64,000 nucleotides of DNA from Longimicrobiales bacterium (GTDB taxonomy: Bacteria > Gemmatimonadota > Gemmatimonadetes > Longimicrobiales > Gaopeijiaceae): contig CBDCNQ010000005.1 of NCBI GenBank assembly GCA_965219445.1, positions 864,001-928,000 on the forward strand, written 5' to 3'. A program made the position numbers and the translations under genes. This document shows positions 27,370-37,899 of this stretch, one piece after another. The stretch's first letter is position 1, and each line of letters starts with the position of its first letter. The notes under the pieces are model-generated. The model was not told the origin of the DNA and ran no database searches. It saw nothing but the letters and a program-made list of their open reading frames with translations.

Positions 27370-27843
27370 CTAACCGCCGATCAGGTCCCGCGTGGCCTCG
27401 ACGGCTCCATCGGGAACGGACCCTGTCGAGGTCACCAAGGCGACCCAGATCGACCACCCGTATCTCTCTGTCAGGATCTCGCCGAGACGCCTAGCCTCCG
27501 ACCCGGTCGATGCCGCTCCAATGCGCACCCGACGGAACTGCCGGCCCTCCACTTCCTGGTCCGCGGTCCAGGCTGGAAGACCCAGGTTGGCCAGCCGGTC
27601 CCTCTGCACGACTGCAGAGTCGGGATTCAGGAAAGCTCCCATCTGGACGGTGTAGAGGGGACCGCTGATGGGTTCGGGCTCGGGCTCAGGTTCGGGCTCG
27701 GGCGCCGGCGTCGCTTGAGCGACAGGCGGCGGCGGTGGCTGGACCTGTTCCTGGGGCTGCTGCTCCTGGATCGGCTCATCGTCACCGCCGCAGGCCGCCA
27801 CGGCCACGGCGAGCCCGAATATCGGGATCAATCGCCAATGCAT
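27370..27843 (-). CDS. SPOR-domain lipoprotein with Pro/Glu linker
   Basis: AVAAC lipobox, PEPEPEPEP, YTVQMGAF...RVRIG. Confidence 0.85.
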   Translation of the reverse strand: MHWRLIPIFGLAVAVAACGGDDEPIQEQQPQEQVQPPPPPVAQATPAPEPEPEPEPEPISGPLYTVQMGAFLNPDSAVVQRDRLANLGLPAWTADQEVEGRQFRRVRIGAASTGSEARRLGEILTERYGWSIWVALVTSTGSVPDGAVEATRDLIGG

Positions 27844-28335
27844 GTCTCGTCTCCTTCAAGTTGTCGGAGAGGAAGGGTGCCTCCGAGTCTGCACGATCCG
27901 CACGCACCCGTCCATAGGCGATGAAGATGTGCGGTGGGCGTCGACTGCCGGGTTATCCGGTTCGGGGCGCAAGGATTCGCTCGGATTAAAAGTCAGTTGC
28001 TCGACATAGGGCACGGCAAGCGTCCCCACCAAGCAGGGACTCCCGAGAGCCACTCCAAGAAACACGTTCGTGTTACTGCCAGTGCTATTGACCTCACGCC
28101 TCATCTGATACAACAAAGCCTTGCAGGCCGTAAAAGACAGCGGGGCTTATACTTGCGAAGTTGACCTGGAGAAATTCAAACTACCGACCTCACACTTGGG
28201 GAGCGGGAGGTCGATAAACTAACTGGCTCTCGATCGTAGCTTCGGATCGAGTCGACCGGGAGAGCGCCTGGGCCTAGCGCCGCGTGTCAACAGGTAATTA
28301 TTACTCTCGATAATACGCGACTTGGAGATGAGTCC

Positions 28336-28665
28336 ATGATAGAGACACTGATGGCGTTGGACGTTGCGGACAACGATGGATATCAAGCCTACCGAGACGC
28401 AATGCTTCCGTTGCTGGAGCGAATCGGCGGTGGGTTTCGGTATGATTTCACGATCGCCAAGACTCTAAGAAGCTCAGCCGGACACGAGATCAACCGTGTC
28501 ATCATCATCTACTTTCCGAATCGGCAGGCGCGAGACCGCTTCTTCGACGATGAAGCCTATCGGGAAATCAGGGGGCGGCTCTTCGAGACCTCAGTGAGGG
28601 ACACCACCATCATTGGGGAGTGGGAAGTCGGCCCGAGTACATCCGCAAGTACAGACGGATTATGA
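28336..28665 (+). CDS. DUF1330-like small alpha/beta protein
   Basis: Y.AYRDAM.PLL..IGGGF...NRVIIIYFP......FF.D..Y..IR pattern. Confidence 0.7.
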   Translation: MIETLMALDVADNDGYQAYRDAMLPLLERIGGGFRYDFTIAKTLRSSAGHEINRVIIIYFPNRQARDRFFDDEAYREIRGRLFETSVRDTTIIGEWEVGPSTSASTDGL

Positions 28666-28729
28666 CCCGGAAGTGTCGGACCGAGCGTGGAGGAGATCCT
28701 GGAGCCGTCTCCGGCCTCGAGATGAGCGT

Positions 28730-28921
28730 CCGCTGCGCGTCACGTGGAAGGAAGAGGAGCTCCAGAAGCTCCTGTGCGACATCATGACCGGCATCCACGA
28801 CCGCTGCGCCGAGTACGGCCGAACCTCCGGCGACTACATCGACTACGTGCAGGGCGCGAACATCGGGGCGTTCATCAAGGTCGCCGATGCCATGCTGGCC
28901 TACGGAGTGGCTAAAAGCTAG
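28730..28921 (+). pseudogene. gdhA: Glutamate dehydrogenase C-terminal fragment
   Basis: W.EEE...L..IM..IHDRC.EYG....IDYVQGANIGAFIKVADAMLAYGV. Confidence 0.8.
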
Positions 28922-28973
28922 CTTAACGCTTGCTTCATGTAGGCCAGGTTTCCCAATGTGAGGAGGGCACTCC

Positions 28974-29858
28974 ATGGCAACCAACGGGACGATTCTGGTC
29001 ACGGGCGCGACGGGCAACGTCGGCTCCGTTCTCATCGAAAACTTGACGAAGGCCGGAGCCAACGTCCGCGCCCTTGTTCGCAATGAGTCGAAGGGGAGGG
29101 CGCTCAGAGACGCCGGCGTAGAGCTCGCCATCGGCGATCTCAGCAGGCCGGAGACACTGGACACGGCATTCGCCGGTGTCTCCAAGATTTACTTGCTAAC
29201 CCCTTTGAGTGAAGACCAATACGAACTCGCCAGTAGTGGCCTCGCCGCCGCCAAACGGTCTGGGAAGCCCCATGTCGTCAGGTCCTCGGGGATGATACCC
29301 GCACCGTTCGAGGAGTCGCGCGTCGGGCGGCATCAAGTCCAGCTCGAAAATGACCTCAAGTCGTCGGGCCTGCCATATACGATCCTGAAGCCGCACTTGT
29401 TTATGCAGACCACGATGATCGCGGCAGAAACAGTCAAGGCCGAAGGCGCGATTTATATGCCACTGAAGGACGGAAAGATAGGAATGATCGACGCTCGCGA
29501 TGTTGCGGAAGTGGCGGCAAAGGTCCTTACCTCAGCAGGCCATGAGGGCAATAGCTACGAGTTGACCGGCCCGGCGGCGATCTCGATGCATGACGTGGCG
29601 GCCGCGCTTTCCAAGGCTCTCGGGAAGCCAGTCAAGTACGTCGATGTGCCCCCTCAAGCTGCAAAGGAGTTCCTCCTCGGGATGGGGTTCCCAGAGTGGA
29701 TCGTGGGCGCGAATCTCGAGTTTTTCCAGAAGTTCAGCGAGGGAGGCGGCAACCAAGTAACCGGGGACTTTGAGAAGCTTACCGGACATGCGCCTCGTTC
29801 GTACGAGGACTTCGCGAGGGACTTCGCCAGCGTCTTTCAGGTAGCGAGCTCTGTCTAG
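28974..29858 (+). CDS. NmrA-like / atypical SDR NAD(P)-dependent oxidoreductase
   Basis: ILVTGATGNVG, YTILKP, IDARDVAEVA, YELTGP. Confidence 0.9.
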   Translation: MATNGTILVTGATGNVGSVLIENLTKAGANVRALVRNESKGRALRDAGVELAIGDLSRPETLDTAFAGVSKIYLLTPLSEDQYELASSGLAAAKRSGKPHVVRSSGMIPAPFEESRVGRHQVQLENDLKSSGLPYTILKPHLFMQTTMIAAETVKAEGAIYMPLKDGKIGMIDARDVAEVAAKVLTSAGHEGNSYELTGPAAISMHDVAAALSKALGKPVKYVDVPPQAAKEFLLGMGFPEWIVGANLEFFQKFSEGGGNQVTGDFEKLTGHAPRSYEDFARDFASVFQVASSV

Positions 29859-30299
29859 GCTGAAGCTCCAGTTCTCTCTTTGCATGTAGCGTGTCACCGC
29901 CATGACGACATGACCACCTCCTGCCCCCACGTCTGGTGGAGCTGCATTGGGGTTCCACTCAAAGCCCGCTGAGTGACGCCAGTATCTCAGTCGGCTCCGG
30001 CCGCTTCGTATAGTCCGGATCGGCGGCCGCAAAGCGAATGATCCCCTCACCGTTCACGATCGCGGCCCCCATCCCGCCGTCATTCCAGCTCGAGTGGGCC
30101 GAACTCCGCTACCTGCTGATTTTGGTCTGTAGATAGAAGAAGTCGGCATCCGTGCTTGGCCCTGTGCTCCGCACGTACTCTCCGGCCAGGAGACGACCGT
30201 ATCCGCCGGGCCTCCCATCGATCGGCGTCGATCCTACGTCTTGATTCTGTAGCCGCGCGCTCCTCACGAGCATTCCCCCTTGTCATCGTGGGTTGGGCG

Positions 30300-31559
30300 T
30301 TACACATCCCGTTCCAGGATCATCGCCGACGCCTGGGCACCCGCCGCACAGATGCTCACGAGCCCGTACCGCACGTTACGCCGCTTCATCTCGTTAGCCA
30401 ACGTCGTGACGATCCGGGCTCCCGTGGCGGCAAACGGATGGCCAACCGCGATGGAGCTTCCGAGTTGGTTCAGCTTGTCCTGATCGACCGTTCCGATCGC
30501 CGGCTCCTTCCACCCCTGCCCCCACGCGCGCAGGTTGCACGCGACCTGTCCGCCGAACGCCTCGTGCATCTCAATCAGGTCCAGATCGGAGAGGGTAAGG
30601 CCGGTGCGCTTTAGGAGCCGCGGCACCGCGACGCCCGGACCCATGAGCAGGCCGTCCTTCGGGTCGATCGCTGCGTACTCGAAATCCTTCACAAACGCGA
30701 GAGGTTCGTGACCCTCGTGGCGGGCTCGATCCTCCGACATGAGCAACACCGCGGCCGCGCCGTCCGTCAGTGGACTCGAGTTCCCCGCGGTGAGCGTCCC
30801 TGTAGGACCGCGATCGAACACCGGCGGCAGCTTGGCCAGCTTTTCCATCGAGGTGTCGGCCCTGATGAACAGGTCGTGATCGAACCCGTCGAGGGGGTGG
30901 ATCTCGGTCTTCAGGCGGCCGTCTTCCATCGCTCGGTGCGCGTTCATGTGACTGCGATACGCGATCTCGTCCTGCTCCTCACGCGGGATCTTCCACTCCT
31001 TGACCATGAGCTCGGTGTGCTCGCCCATCGACAAGCCAGTAGACGGCTCCTTGACGCCGGGAGCGTGAGGCTTGAAGTCCCCGGGGCGCAGTCGGGCCAA
31101 GAGGCGGAGACGCTGCCCGAGTGTCTTGGCCGCTGCGGCGTCGAGGAAGATGCGACTCGCCCGTTTGCCGAACAGCAGCGCCGGGTTGGACATCGACTCT
31201 ACCCCGCCCGCGATCCCGATCTCGGCGCGGCCGGCAACGATCGAGTCGGCGATCGCGGTAATTGCCGACGTTCCCGTGATGCAGTTGTTCGTGAGGGTCA
31301 GTGCCTGCACAGTGGAGGGTAGTTTGCTGGAGAAGACAATGTCCTTCGTGAGGTGAGGGATCCGCGGGTCGACGACGGTAATCCCGAACGCCAGTTCCCC
31401 AACCGACTGTGGATCGAGACTCTGCTTCGCCAGCAAGCCGTCCACCGCGTGAACGCCCAGGTCGAGCGCCGAGTACTTGCGGAACACGGTGGCCGCCCTG
31501 GCGAACGGCGTGCGTGCACCGCCCACCACCGCCACTCGAATCGATCCGTCGTGCGTCAT
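30300..31559 (-). CDS. Acetyl-CoA C-acyltransferase (thiolase, FadI-like)
   Basis: GGARTPF, NNCITG, TAGNSSPLTDGA, EMHEAF, GHPFAATG, SICAAG. Confidence 0.92.
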   Translation of the reverse strand: MTHDGSIRVAVVGGARTPFARAATVFRKYSALDLGVHAVDGLLAKQSLDPQSVGELAFGITVVDPRIPHLTKDIVFSSKLPSTVQALTLTNNCITGTSAITAIADSIVAGRAEIGIAGGVESMSNPALLFGKRASRIFLDAAAAKTLGQRLRLLARLRPGDFKPHAPGVKEPSTGLSMGEHTELMVKEWKIPREEQDEIAYRSHMNAHRAMEDGRLKTEIHPLDGFDHDLFIRADTSMEKLAKLPPVFDRGPTGTLTAGNSSPLTDGAAAVLLMSEDRARHEGHEPLAFVKDFEYAAIDPKDGLLMGPGVAVPRLLKRTGLTLSDLDLIEMHEAFGGQVACNLRAWGQGWKEPAIGTVDQDKLNQLGSSIAVGHPFAATGARIVTTLANEMKRRNVRYGLVSICAAGAQASAMILERDV

Positions 31560-31771
31560 GAAAGCTCGCTCCTCTCTGTACGACTTGGTCAGTTCCCTGA
31601 TGGATATTGCAGGTTCCACAGGTAAAGTGGCTCATCGTGAGTCAAGGTGTTCTACCCCGCGCAGCACGAGAGCTTCGCTACATCCTGGTGGGGCATTCTT
31701 GTATCTCCGGTTATTCGGCCACCCTCTCCAGGGAGACCCCCGCTCGATCCGTCGGCCGCCCCGAGTAGGTC

Positions 31772-32209
31772 CTAAGCGGCTTCGCTCACGGGCGCAGGAC
31801 CTTGTGAGGGCTCACCGTACACGGCACCCACGACGCCGCCGTAGATGATGTGACCGATTAGCGCCCCCATCGCCATGTTCATGTCTCCGGAGAAAAAACC
31901 CATCCCCATCATCGGCATGAGGGCCACCTGTGCGAGCAGCCACGGAGCCAAGCCGAAAAGGGCGCCGCGAACGACCACCGGCCCGGGTAGGGACCCCGCG
32001 ACCGCGGCGTACACCTCAGCCAGGATCACGCCGATCATGAAGTGGGCGATCCATCCCATGACCGCGCTCCCACCCATTTGGTCGGCAAGCATCTCCGCAG
32101 GGTTCATCATGGGGATGCCCATCATGGGCGCTGCATAAAGACCGACGACCGTCATCATCACTGTCCCGATGATGCCGGCCAACGCGGCGCGCCCGAAGTT
32201 CACGTTCAT
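31772..32209 (-). CDS. Small 4-TM Met/His-rich membrane protein (DUF2938/DUF6789-like)
   Basis: GWIAHFMIG, MPMMGMGFF, GHIIYG. Confidence 0.7.
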   Translation of the reverse strand: MNVNFGRAALAGIIGTVMMTVVGLYAAPMMGIPMMNPAEMLADQMGGSAVMGWIAHFMIGVILAEVYAAVAGSLPGPVVVRGALFGLAPWLLAQVALMPMMGMGFFSGDMNMAMGALIGHIIYGGVVGAVYGEPSQGPAPVSEAA

Positions 32210-32351
32210 GCTTCCTCCTTTGTCTGGCCCCAGGAGGGGCCTGCTGGGTACCGGCGGGAGCGACTTCGTTCCTTACTGTAAGCTGAGGGCCCCGGAGTTG
32301 CGAGTCGACCGAAGCCGGAACCGAGTGAGAGTTCGATCATCGACTGGAACA

Positions 32352-32652
32352 TCACTGACGCCGCTCTTCAGGCGCTGAGCTCGGGGGCGTCAAGCATGGC
32401 GCCGGGTGCCATCATCGTGAAAGAGAATTATATGCCCGACGGCACCCTGGCCGCCGTCACGACGATGTTCAAGGTGCGGGGTTACAAGCCCGACGTGAAC
32501 GACTGGTTTTTCACCAAGCATCTCCCCAGCGGCGAGTTGGATCGAGCGCCCACCGGAATGGCCATGGAAGGGCGACTACCGGGTTGCACCAACTGCCACA
32601 GGTGCAGACGAACGACTACGTGTTCACCAGCCAGCTAGGTGGGGGGACTTGA
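32352..32652 (+). pseudogene. Cytochrome P460-family fragment (5' truncated, frameshift after CxxCH)
   Basis: GAIIVKENY...TMFK...DWFF...CTNCH; NDYVFT continues in another frame. Confidence 0.7.
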
Positions 32653-32821
32653 GGTTTCTCCAAAGTTGCCGTAACGGAGATCATCGCGCGGGAGTTCTTT
32701 CTAGAGCAGGTCACCAGGGCCTTCGTCGGCGAGAACGTGACGACGAACGGCACGGTCGATAACATCGAACAGCTGCTAAGGGCCGCCGAGAGCTAGGTCC
32801 CCCTGTCCAAGGAGCACCCCT

Positions 32822-34546
32822 GTGAAGAAACCATCAGTGTCCCAATATATCGTTTCCGCCCTCGCGCAAGCCGGAGTGCAGCGGGTGTACGGAATCGTCG
32901 GCGATTCACTCAACGGAGTCACCGAAGCCGTCCGCCGTCATCCCGATGTGGAGTGGGTGTCCGTGCGGCACGAGGAAACCGCTGCATTCGCCGCCGCGGC
33001 CGAAGCTCAGCTGACCGGTCGGTTGGCCGTGTGCGCCGGCAGCAGCGGGCCCGGGTGTATTCACCTCGTCAACGGGCTGTACGATGCGCAGCGCAGCCTG
33101 GCGCCAGTGTTGGCGCTGGCGGCCCACATCCCCTCCACCGAGATCGGGACCGGATTCTTCCAGGAGTCCCATCCCGACCGGCTCTTCGTCGACTGCAGTC
33201 ATTATAGTGAGCTGATCTCCTCCCCCAGGCAGATGCTCCGCACGCTTCAGATTGCCATGCAGACCGCAATCACCCGGCGCGGGGTCGCCGTGGTCGTGCT
33301 GCCGGGAGATGTCGCGCTGGCCGAGATGACCGACATGGATCTGGCGCACCCCATCGCCGGGGACTGCTCGCGCAGCCAGCCATGTGACGACACCCTGGCC
33401 GAGCTCGCGGGTCTGTTGACCGGCAAGGCCAGGGTTACGATCCTCGCTGGCGCGGGGTGCGCGGGCGCCCACGGTCAGCTGCTGGAGGTGGCCGCCACTC
33501 TCAAGGCTCCGATCGTGCACACGCTACGGGGCAAGGAGCACGTCGCCTACGACAATCCATATGACGTGGGAATGACGGGCCTGATTGGTCTCCGCCCCGG
33601 CTACAAGGCGCTGGAGAGGTGCGATGTGCTCCTCATGCTGGGCACGGATTTCCCCTACGCCGACTGGTATCCCAAGGGAAAGACCATCATCCAGGTCGAT
33701 ATCGACGGGCAGCGCCTGGGACGCCGCTGCGGCCTGACCCTAGGGGTCCAAGCCGATGTAAGGGAGACGCTGACGGCTCTCCTGCCCCTCCTGGCAAAGA
33801 AAGAAGACTCCGGCCATCTGGATCAGGCGGTCAAGCAACACGTGTCCGCACGCAAACGCCTGGACAAGCACGTACGGAAATCGACGAAAGAGAAGCCGAT
33901 CCACCCCGAGTACCTGACGACCATCGTGAGCGAGCTGGCCAACCCCGACGCGGTGTTCACGGCGGATGTAGGGATGTGCACGGTCTGGGCAGCGCGGTAT
34001 TTGGAGATGACCAGGGAGCGCCGTCTGCTGGGTTCTTTTACCCACGGCTCGATGGCCAACGCCCTTCCCCAGGCGATCGGAGCTCAACTCTGCTATCCCG
34101 ATCGCCAGGTGATCTCACTCTCCGGAGATGGCGGGTTCACCATGCTGTTGGGGGATTTCATCACGCTGGTGCAGGGGGGGCTTCCGGTGAAGGTGGTGGT
34201 CTACAACAACAGCTCGCTCGCGATGGTCAAGCTCGAGCAGAACGTGGCTGGGCTCCCTGATTTCGGGACGCAGCTGGAGAATCCGAATTTCGCCAAGGTC
34301 GCCGAGGCGATGGGGGCGCGAGGAATCCGCGTGGAGGATCCAGGAGAAGTCAGATCTGCAGTGGCGTCCGCGCTAGAGACGGACGGCCCTGTCTTGCTGG
34401 ATGTGCTCACGAATCCTGGCGAACTCTCGATGCCTCCCAAGACGACGCTGAAGCAGGTCCAGGGATACAGTCTGTACCTGATCAAGGAGATCCTGGGCGG
34501 GCGCGCCGGCGGTGCGATCGAGTCACTTCGAAGCAGCCGTCGGTAG
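32822..34546 (+). CDS. poxB: Pyruvate dehydrogenase (quinone) / pyruvate oxidase, TPP-dependent
   Basis: GIVGDSLN, VRHEETAAFAA, FQESHP, GSFTHGSMANALPQAIG, GDGG...NN. Confidence 0.92.
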   Translation: MKKPSVSQYIVSALAQAGVQRVYGIVGDSLNGVTEAVRRHPDVEWVSVRHEETAAFAAAAEAQLTGRLAVCAGSSGPGCIHLVNGLYDAQRSLAPVLALAAHIPSTEIGTGFFQESHPDRLFVDCSHYSELISSPRQMLRTLQIAMQTAITRRGVAVVVLPGDVALAEMTDMDLAHPIAGDCSRSQPCDDTLAELAGLLTGKARVTILAGAGCAGAHGQLLEVAATLKAPIVHTLRGKEHVAYDNPYDVGMTGLIGLRPGYKALERCDVLLMLGTDFPYADWYPKGKTIIQVDIDGQRLGRRCGLTLGVQADVRETLTALLPLLAKKEDSGHLDQAVKQHVSARKRLDKHVRKSTKEKPIHPEYLTTIVSELANPDAVFTADVGMCTVWAARYLEMTRERRLLGSFTHGSMANALPQAIGAQLCYPDRQVISLSGDGGFTMLLGDFITLVQGGLPVKVVVYNNSSLAMVKLEQNVAGLPDFGTQLENPNFAKVAEAMGARGIRVEDPGEVRSAVASALETDGPVLLDVLTNPGELSMPPKTTLKQVQGYSLYLIKEILGGRAGGAIESLRSSRR

Positions 34547-34734
34547 TGCATCCCGGGGAGGCCTCGTTACGCGCGCCCCCCGATGGATACCAAGCCTACC
34601 GAGACGCCATGTCCCCGTTGCTGGAACGAATCGGCGGTGGGTGCACGTCGCTGTGCACGTTCAGGTTTGAGACGGCCATGGAGTCGACCTGATCCGCACG
34701 ATACTGGCGCGTAGATTGGCTCGGTGCAGAGAAG

Positions 34735-34990
34735 GCTGTAACACTGGCTGTATCATCGCCCACCAGCGCTGACGAGCGCCCACGAGCGCAGATTCGCTGA
34801 AATACCCCTGATTCCAGCGCTGGCTGGCGCCCACGAGCGCTCGACTCATATCTGATAAGCGTGAGGTCGGTAGTTCGAGTCTACCCAGGCCCATTGTTGG
34901 GAATCGTTGCCCCTACTGCACATACCTTCGGTGGGGGCTTCGCTTTTTCTGCGTGTCAGGTCCTATGCTGTCAACTACCGCTGTCAATTG
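34735..34990 (+). other. att-like junction 2: arm, tRNA-Ile(GAT) 3' half (34852-34893), different right arm
   Basis: Core identical to 25864-25905; left repeats GCTGTAACACTG/GCTGTATCA; right repeats GCTGTCAACT/GCTGTCAATT. Confidence 0.85.
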
Positions 34991-35085
34991 AGCCGCGAAA
35001 CGGCTTCCTCGGCTTGCTTCATGGCTGCCCTCATGTCCTCTAAATCCACCATATCGTAGATGCTGCTCAGGGTCTCGCGACAGGA
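34984..35085 (-). pseudogene. Possible extreme C-terminus of a second tyrosine integrase
   Basis: RETLSSIYDMVDLEDMRAAMKQ resembles the catalytic-Tyr tail; same position and orientation relative to the att core as the 26020 remnant. Confidence 0.4.
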
Positions 35086-35315
35086 GTCCTCGTGGGAGGA
35101 GTGAGCCCCACGTTGGACAGCTACGTGATCGGGTGGTAGGGAGCATCTTCGCTTCGGCAAGCGCTTTCCACTCGTGGGCGCCGACTTGATTGTGGCAACG
35201 CGCTCCAAGCGCTATGGTCCCGTAGCCGGTTGTTCGAGATCGCCAATGGAGCGGCGGGTGACGGGGCCAAGGCCCCGTACAGACGTACCTGCCCGCACTG
35301 ACTGGGAGGAACGGC

Positions 35316-36278
35316 ATGGACAGGGCATCACGTAGGCAGTTCATACAGCAGACAGGGACGCTGGCTGGCGGCGCCTTCGCCATGGGGCTGACACCGGGCG
35401 CCGCGGCCGCATCTGCGCAGGCGCCGTCACAGGCTTCGCCGCTGTCGAAGACTCAACAGCTCCGGGCCCTCCTGCGGAGGCAGGGCATGGTGATGGCGCC
35501 GGAGGGCTACACCGTGATCAGCGCCAAGCTCGCGGAGGCCCACGGCTTCGAGGCCATCTACATCGGCGGCAGCATGATGTGCGGGACGTACCTGGGGGTC
35601 CCGGACTGGGGTTTGATCACGCCGACCGCAATGGTCGACATCGCCGGGCGCATCGCCCGCGAGGTCTCCATCCCGGCCATCGTCGACGCCGATCACGGCG
35701 GCGAGACGGCGCTCAACGTGTATCACACGGTGCAGCAATATGAGAAGGCGGGAATCGCCGCCCTGCACATCGAGGACACACTCAACCCGAAGCATGCTGA
35801 CCAACGCGGAGCGGCGGTCACGCTCCAATCCCCAGAGCGGATGGCCGTTCGCATCCGTGCGGCGGTCGACGCCCGATCGGACCCCGACTTTGTGATCATC
35901 GCCCGCAGCGACGAGGCGGACCTCGACGCGCTCATCCGTAGAGGCAACGCTTACGCCGAGGCGGGAGCGGATGTCTACATGCCACGGAGGATGACGCCCG
36001 AGACGGTTGATCGGATCGCGGGTGAGGTTCCGATCCCACTCCTGGGCGTCAGCCTCCCGTTCCCAGAGGTCCGCGACACAAGGCTCAAGGTGAACGTCTA
36101 CGCCAATCTCCTGTCCGGTCCGGCAACGGCGCTTTGCGACACCTTGCTCCGGGAGCTCAAGGAGAATGGCGAGGTCTTGAGGACCCCGGAGCGCCGCTTG
36201 GAAGGGGAAATGGCGACTCGGCTGAGGAACGGGGAAACGTACAGCCAGCTCACAGAGAGGTGGACGGCTACGCCCTAG
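35316..36278 (+). CDS. Isocitrate lyase/PEP mutase family protein with Tat signal
   Basis: SRRQFI signal, GFEAIYIGG, PDWG, VDADHG, LHIED, FVIIARSD, AYAEAGAD. Confidence 0.85.
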   Translation: MDRASRRQFIQQTGTLAGGAFAMGLTPGAAAASAQAPSQASPLSKTQQLRALLRRQGMVMAPEGYTVISAKLAEAHGFEAIYIGGSMMCGTYLGVPDWGLITPTAMVDIAGRIAREVSIPAIVDADHGGETALNVYHTVQQYEKAGIAALHIEDTLNPKHADQRGAAVTLQSPERMAVRIRAAVDARSDPDFVIIARSDEADLDALIRRGNAYAEAGADVYMPRRMTPETVDRIAGEVPIPLLGVSLPFPEVRDTRLKVNVYANLLSGPATALCDTLLRELKENGEVLRTPERRLEGEMATRLRNGETYSQLTERWTATP

Positions 36279-36322
36279 AGCCGGGCCTTTCGGACTCTTG
36301 TTGCTTGGGAGGGAGTCGAAGC

Positions 36323-36835
36323 ATGCCCAAGACACGCACCGTCGTCGTTCCCCTTGGCTTTCTGGTTGCCGGGCTCGGTCTGAGTGGGGTCTCAACCAGC
36401 GCACAGTTCCGCCAACCGACGGCGGAGCTGACGCCCACGGTCGAGCAGCAGTCGATCGAGCCTGGCCAGACCGTGACACTCGTACTTAGGGTCGAGCTCC
36501 CAGAGAACATTCACGTGCAGTCGGACAAGCCGCGGGACCCCTTCGTCATTCCGACTGTTCTCACCTTCACGCTGCCCGAGGGCGTCACGGTGGAGGAGAC
36601 TACCTATCCGGCGTCCACCGACTTCCTTCTGGAGGGGTGGGAGGAGCCACTGGCGGTCTTCGAGCATGAGTTCACGATTGCGGTGCGACTGGCGCTGGAC
36701 ACAGAGGTCTCACCAGGCGAGATCATCGTGCTCGGAAGCTTTCTATACCAGGCATGCGACGACCGCGTCTGTTTCGCGCCGGCGACTGAAGCCGTCGAAT
36801 GGCATATGAACGTCGAACCGGCGGAACGCCGCTAG
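36323..36835 (+). CDS. DsbD N-terminal-like (protein-disulfide reductase) domain protein
   Basis: Signal peptide, HVQS..P, YQACDDRVCFAP. Confidence 0.8.
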   Translation: MPKTRTVVVPLGFLVAGLGLSGVSTSAQFRQPTAELTPTVEQQSIEPGQTVTLVLRVELPENIHVQSDKPRDPFVIPTVLTFTLPEGVTVEETTYPASTDFLLEGWEEPLAVFEHEFTIAVRLALDTEVSPGEIIVLGSFLYQACDDRVCFAPATEAVEWHMNVEPAERR

Positions 36836-36924
36836 TGGCGCACCGCACCAACTTCGGGTGGTGAAGGTCCCGCCGCGTTGACTCCCCGAACCGAGGTGCC
36901 TACAGTCACCGATCGGAGGGTGCC

Positions 36925-37869
36925 ATGAGACAGTTCAAAATCTTGACCATAACGTCCCTGCTGATCTGCCTGGTCTCGCCGTTGGCCCTGGTCGGCCAGT
37001 CGCGCAGCCTCATTTCACAGATGAGCGATCTGGCTTGGGCGGAAGAAGTCGATGAGGCCAGAGGTCTCCTCGAGTCCAGACGGGCCGATGGCGAGCAACC
37101 GACTCCAGAGTGGCTTGCCGCGGTCTCGTGGATGGCGCGTGGCGCGAGCTTCGCCGAGCGGTGGGACCTCGCGGAGCGGTACGCGAGCGAAGCGTACGAG
37201 GGCAGCCTCGCACTGTTGAAAGAGCGGCCGCTCGACGCGGAACGTTTCCTACCCACCGCCCTTGGGGCCGGGATCGAAGTGCTGGGTCACACGTACGACG
37301 CCCAGGGCGACCGCGCCCGGGCTGTCAATTTTCTGAGTACCGCGCGACAAGAGTTTGCGGGCACGTCGATCGAAACCCGAATTCAGAAGAACTTCCTCTT
37401 GCTCAGCTTGGAGGGGAAGCCGTTTCCTGTTCTCGAGGCCGATCAATACCTCGGTTCACCGCCACCAACGCCGGGTGAGCTAAAAGGCAAGGTCGTGCTG
37501 TTCTTCTTCTGGGCCCATTGGTGCCCGGACTGCAAGCGGCAGGAGCCAGTGCTGAGAGCACTGTACGAAGAGTACCATGACCGGGGACTGGTCATCGTCG
37601 GACCAACCCAACTCTACGGTTATATCTCCCGCGGGCAGAATGCGACGCCCGAAGAGGAGCTGGCGTATATCAACGGCGACTACTCGGCGCAATATCCGAT
37701 CCCGCCGTGGATGGCTGTACCGCTTAGCGCAGACAACTTCCTCAACTTCGGCGTCAGTACGACGCCGACGCTCGTCCTCGTCGATCGCGATGGCATCGTT
37801 CAGCGGTACAACCCGGGCGACTTGAGCGAGGAGGAACTGATCGCACTCATCGAACCCCTGCTCGGCTAG
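36925..37869 (+). CDS. TlpA-family thiol-disulfide oxidoreductase with N-terminal helical domain
   Basis: LKGKVVLFFFWAHWCPDCK, FGVSTTPTLVLVDRDG. Confidence 0.88.
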   Translation: MRQFKILTITSLLICLVSPLALVGQSRSLISQMSDLAWAEEVDEARGLLESRRADGEQPTPEWLAAVSWMARGASFAERWDLAERYASEAYEGSLALLKERPLDAERFLPTALGAGIEVLGHTYDAQGDRARAVNFLSTARQEFAGTSIETRIQKNFLLLSLEGKPFPVLEADQYLGSPPPTPGELKGKVVLFFFWAHWCPDCKRQEPVLRALYEEYHDRGLVIVGPTQLYGYISRGQNATPEEELAYINGDYSAQYPIPPWMAVPLSADNFLNFGVSTTPTLVLVDRDGIVQRYNPGDLSEEELIALIEPLLG

Positions 37870-37899
37870 CCGGCTCAGTCCGCCGAGGCGGCGGCCAGC

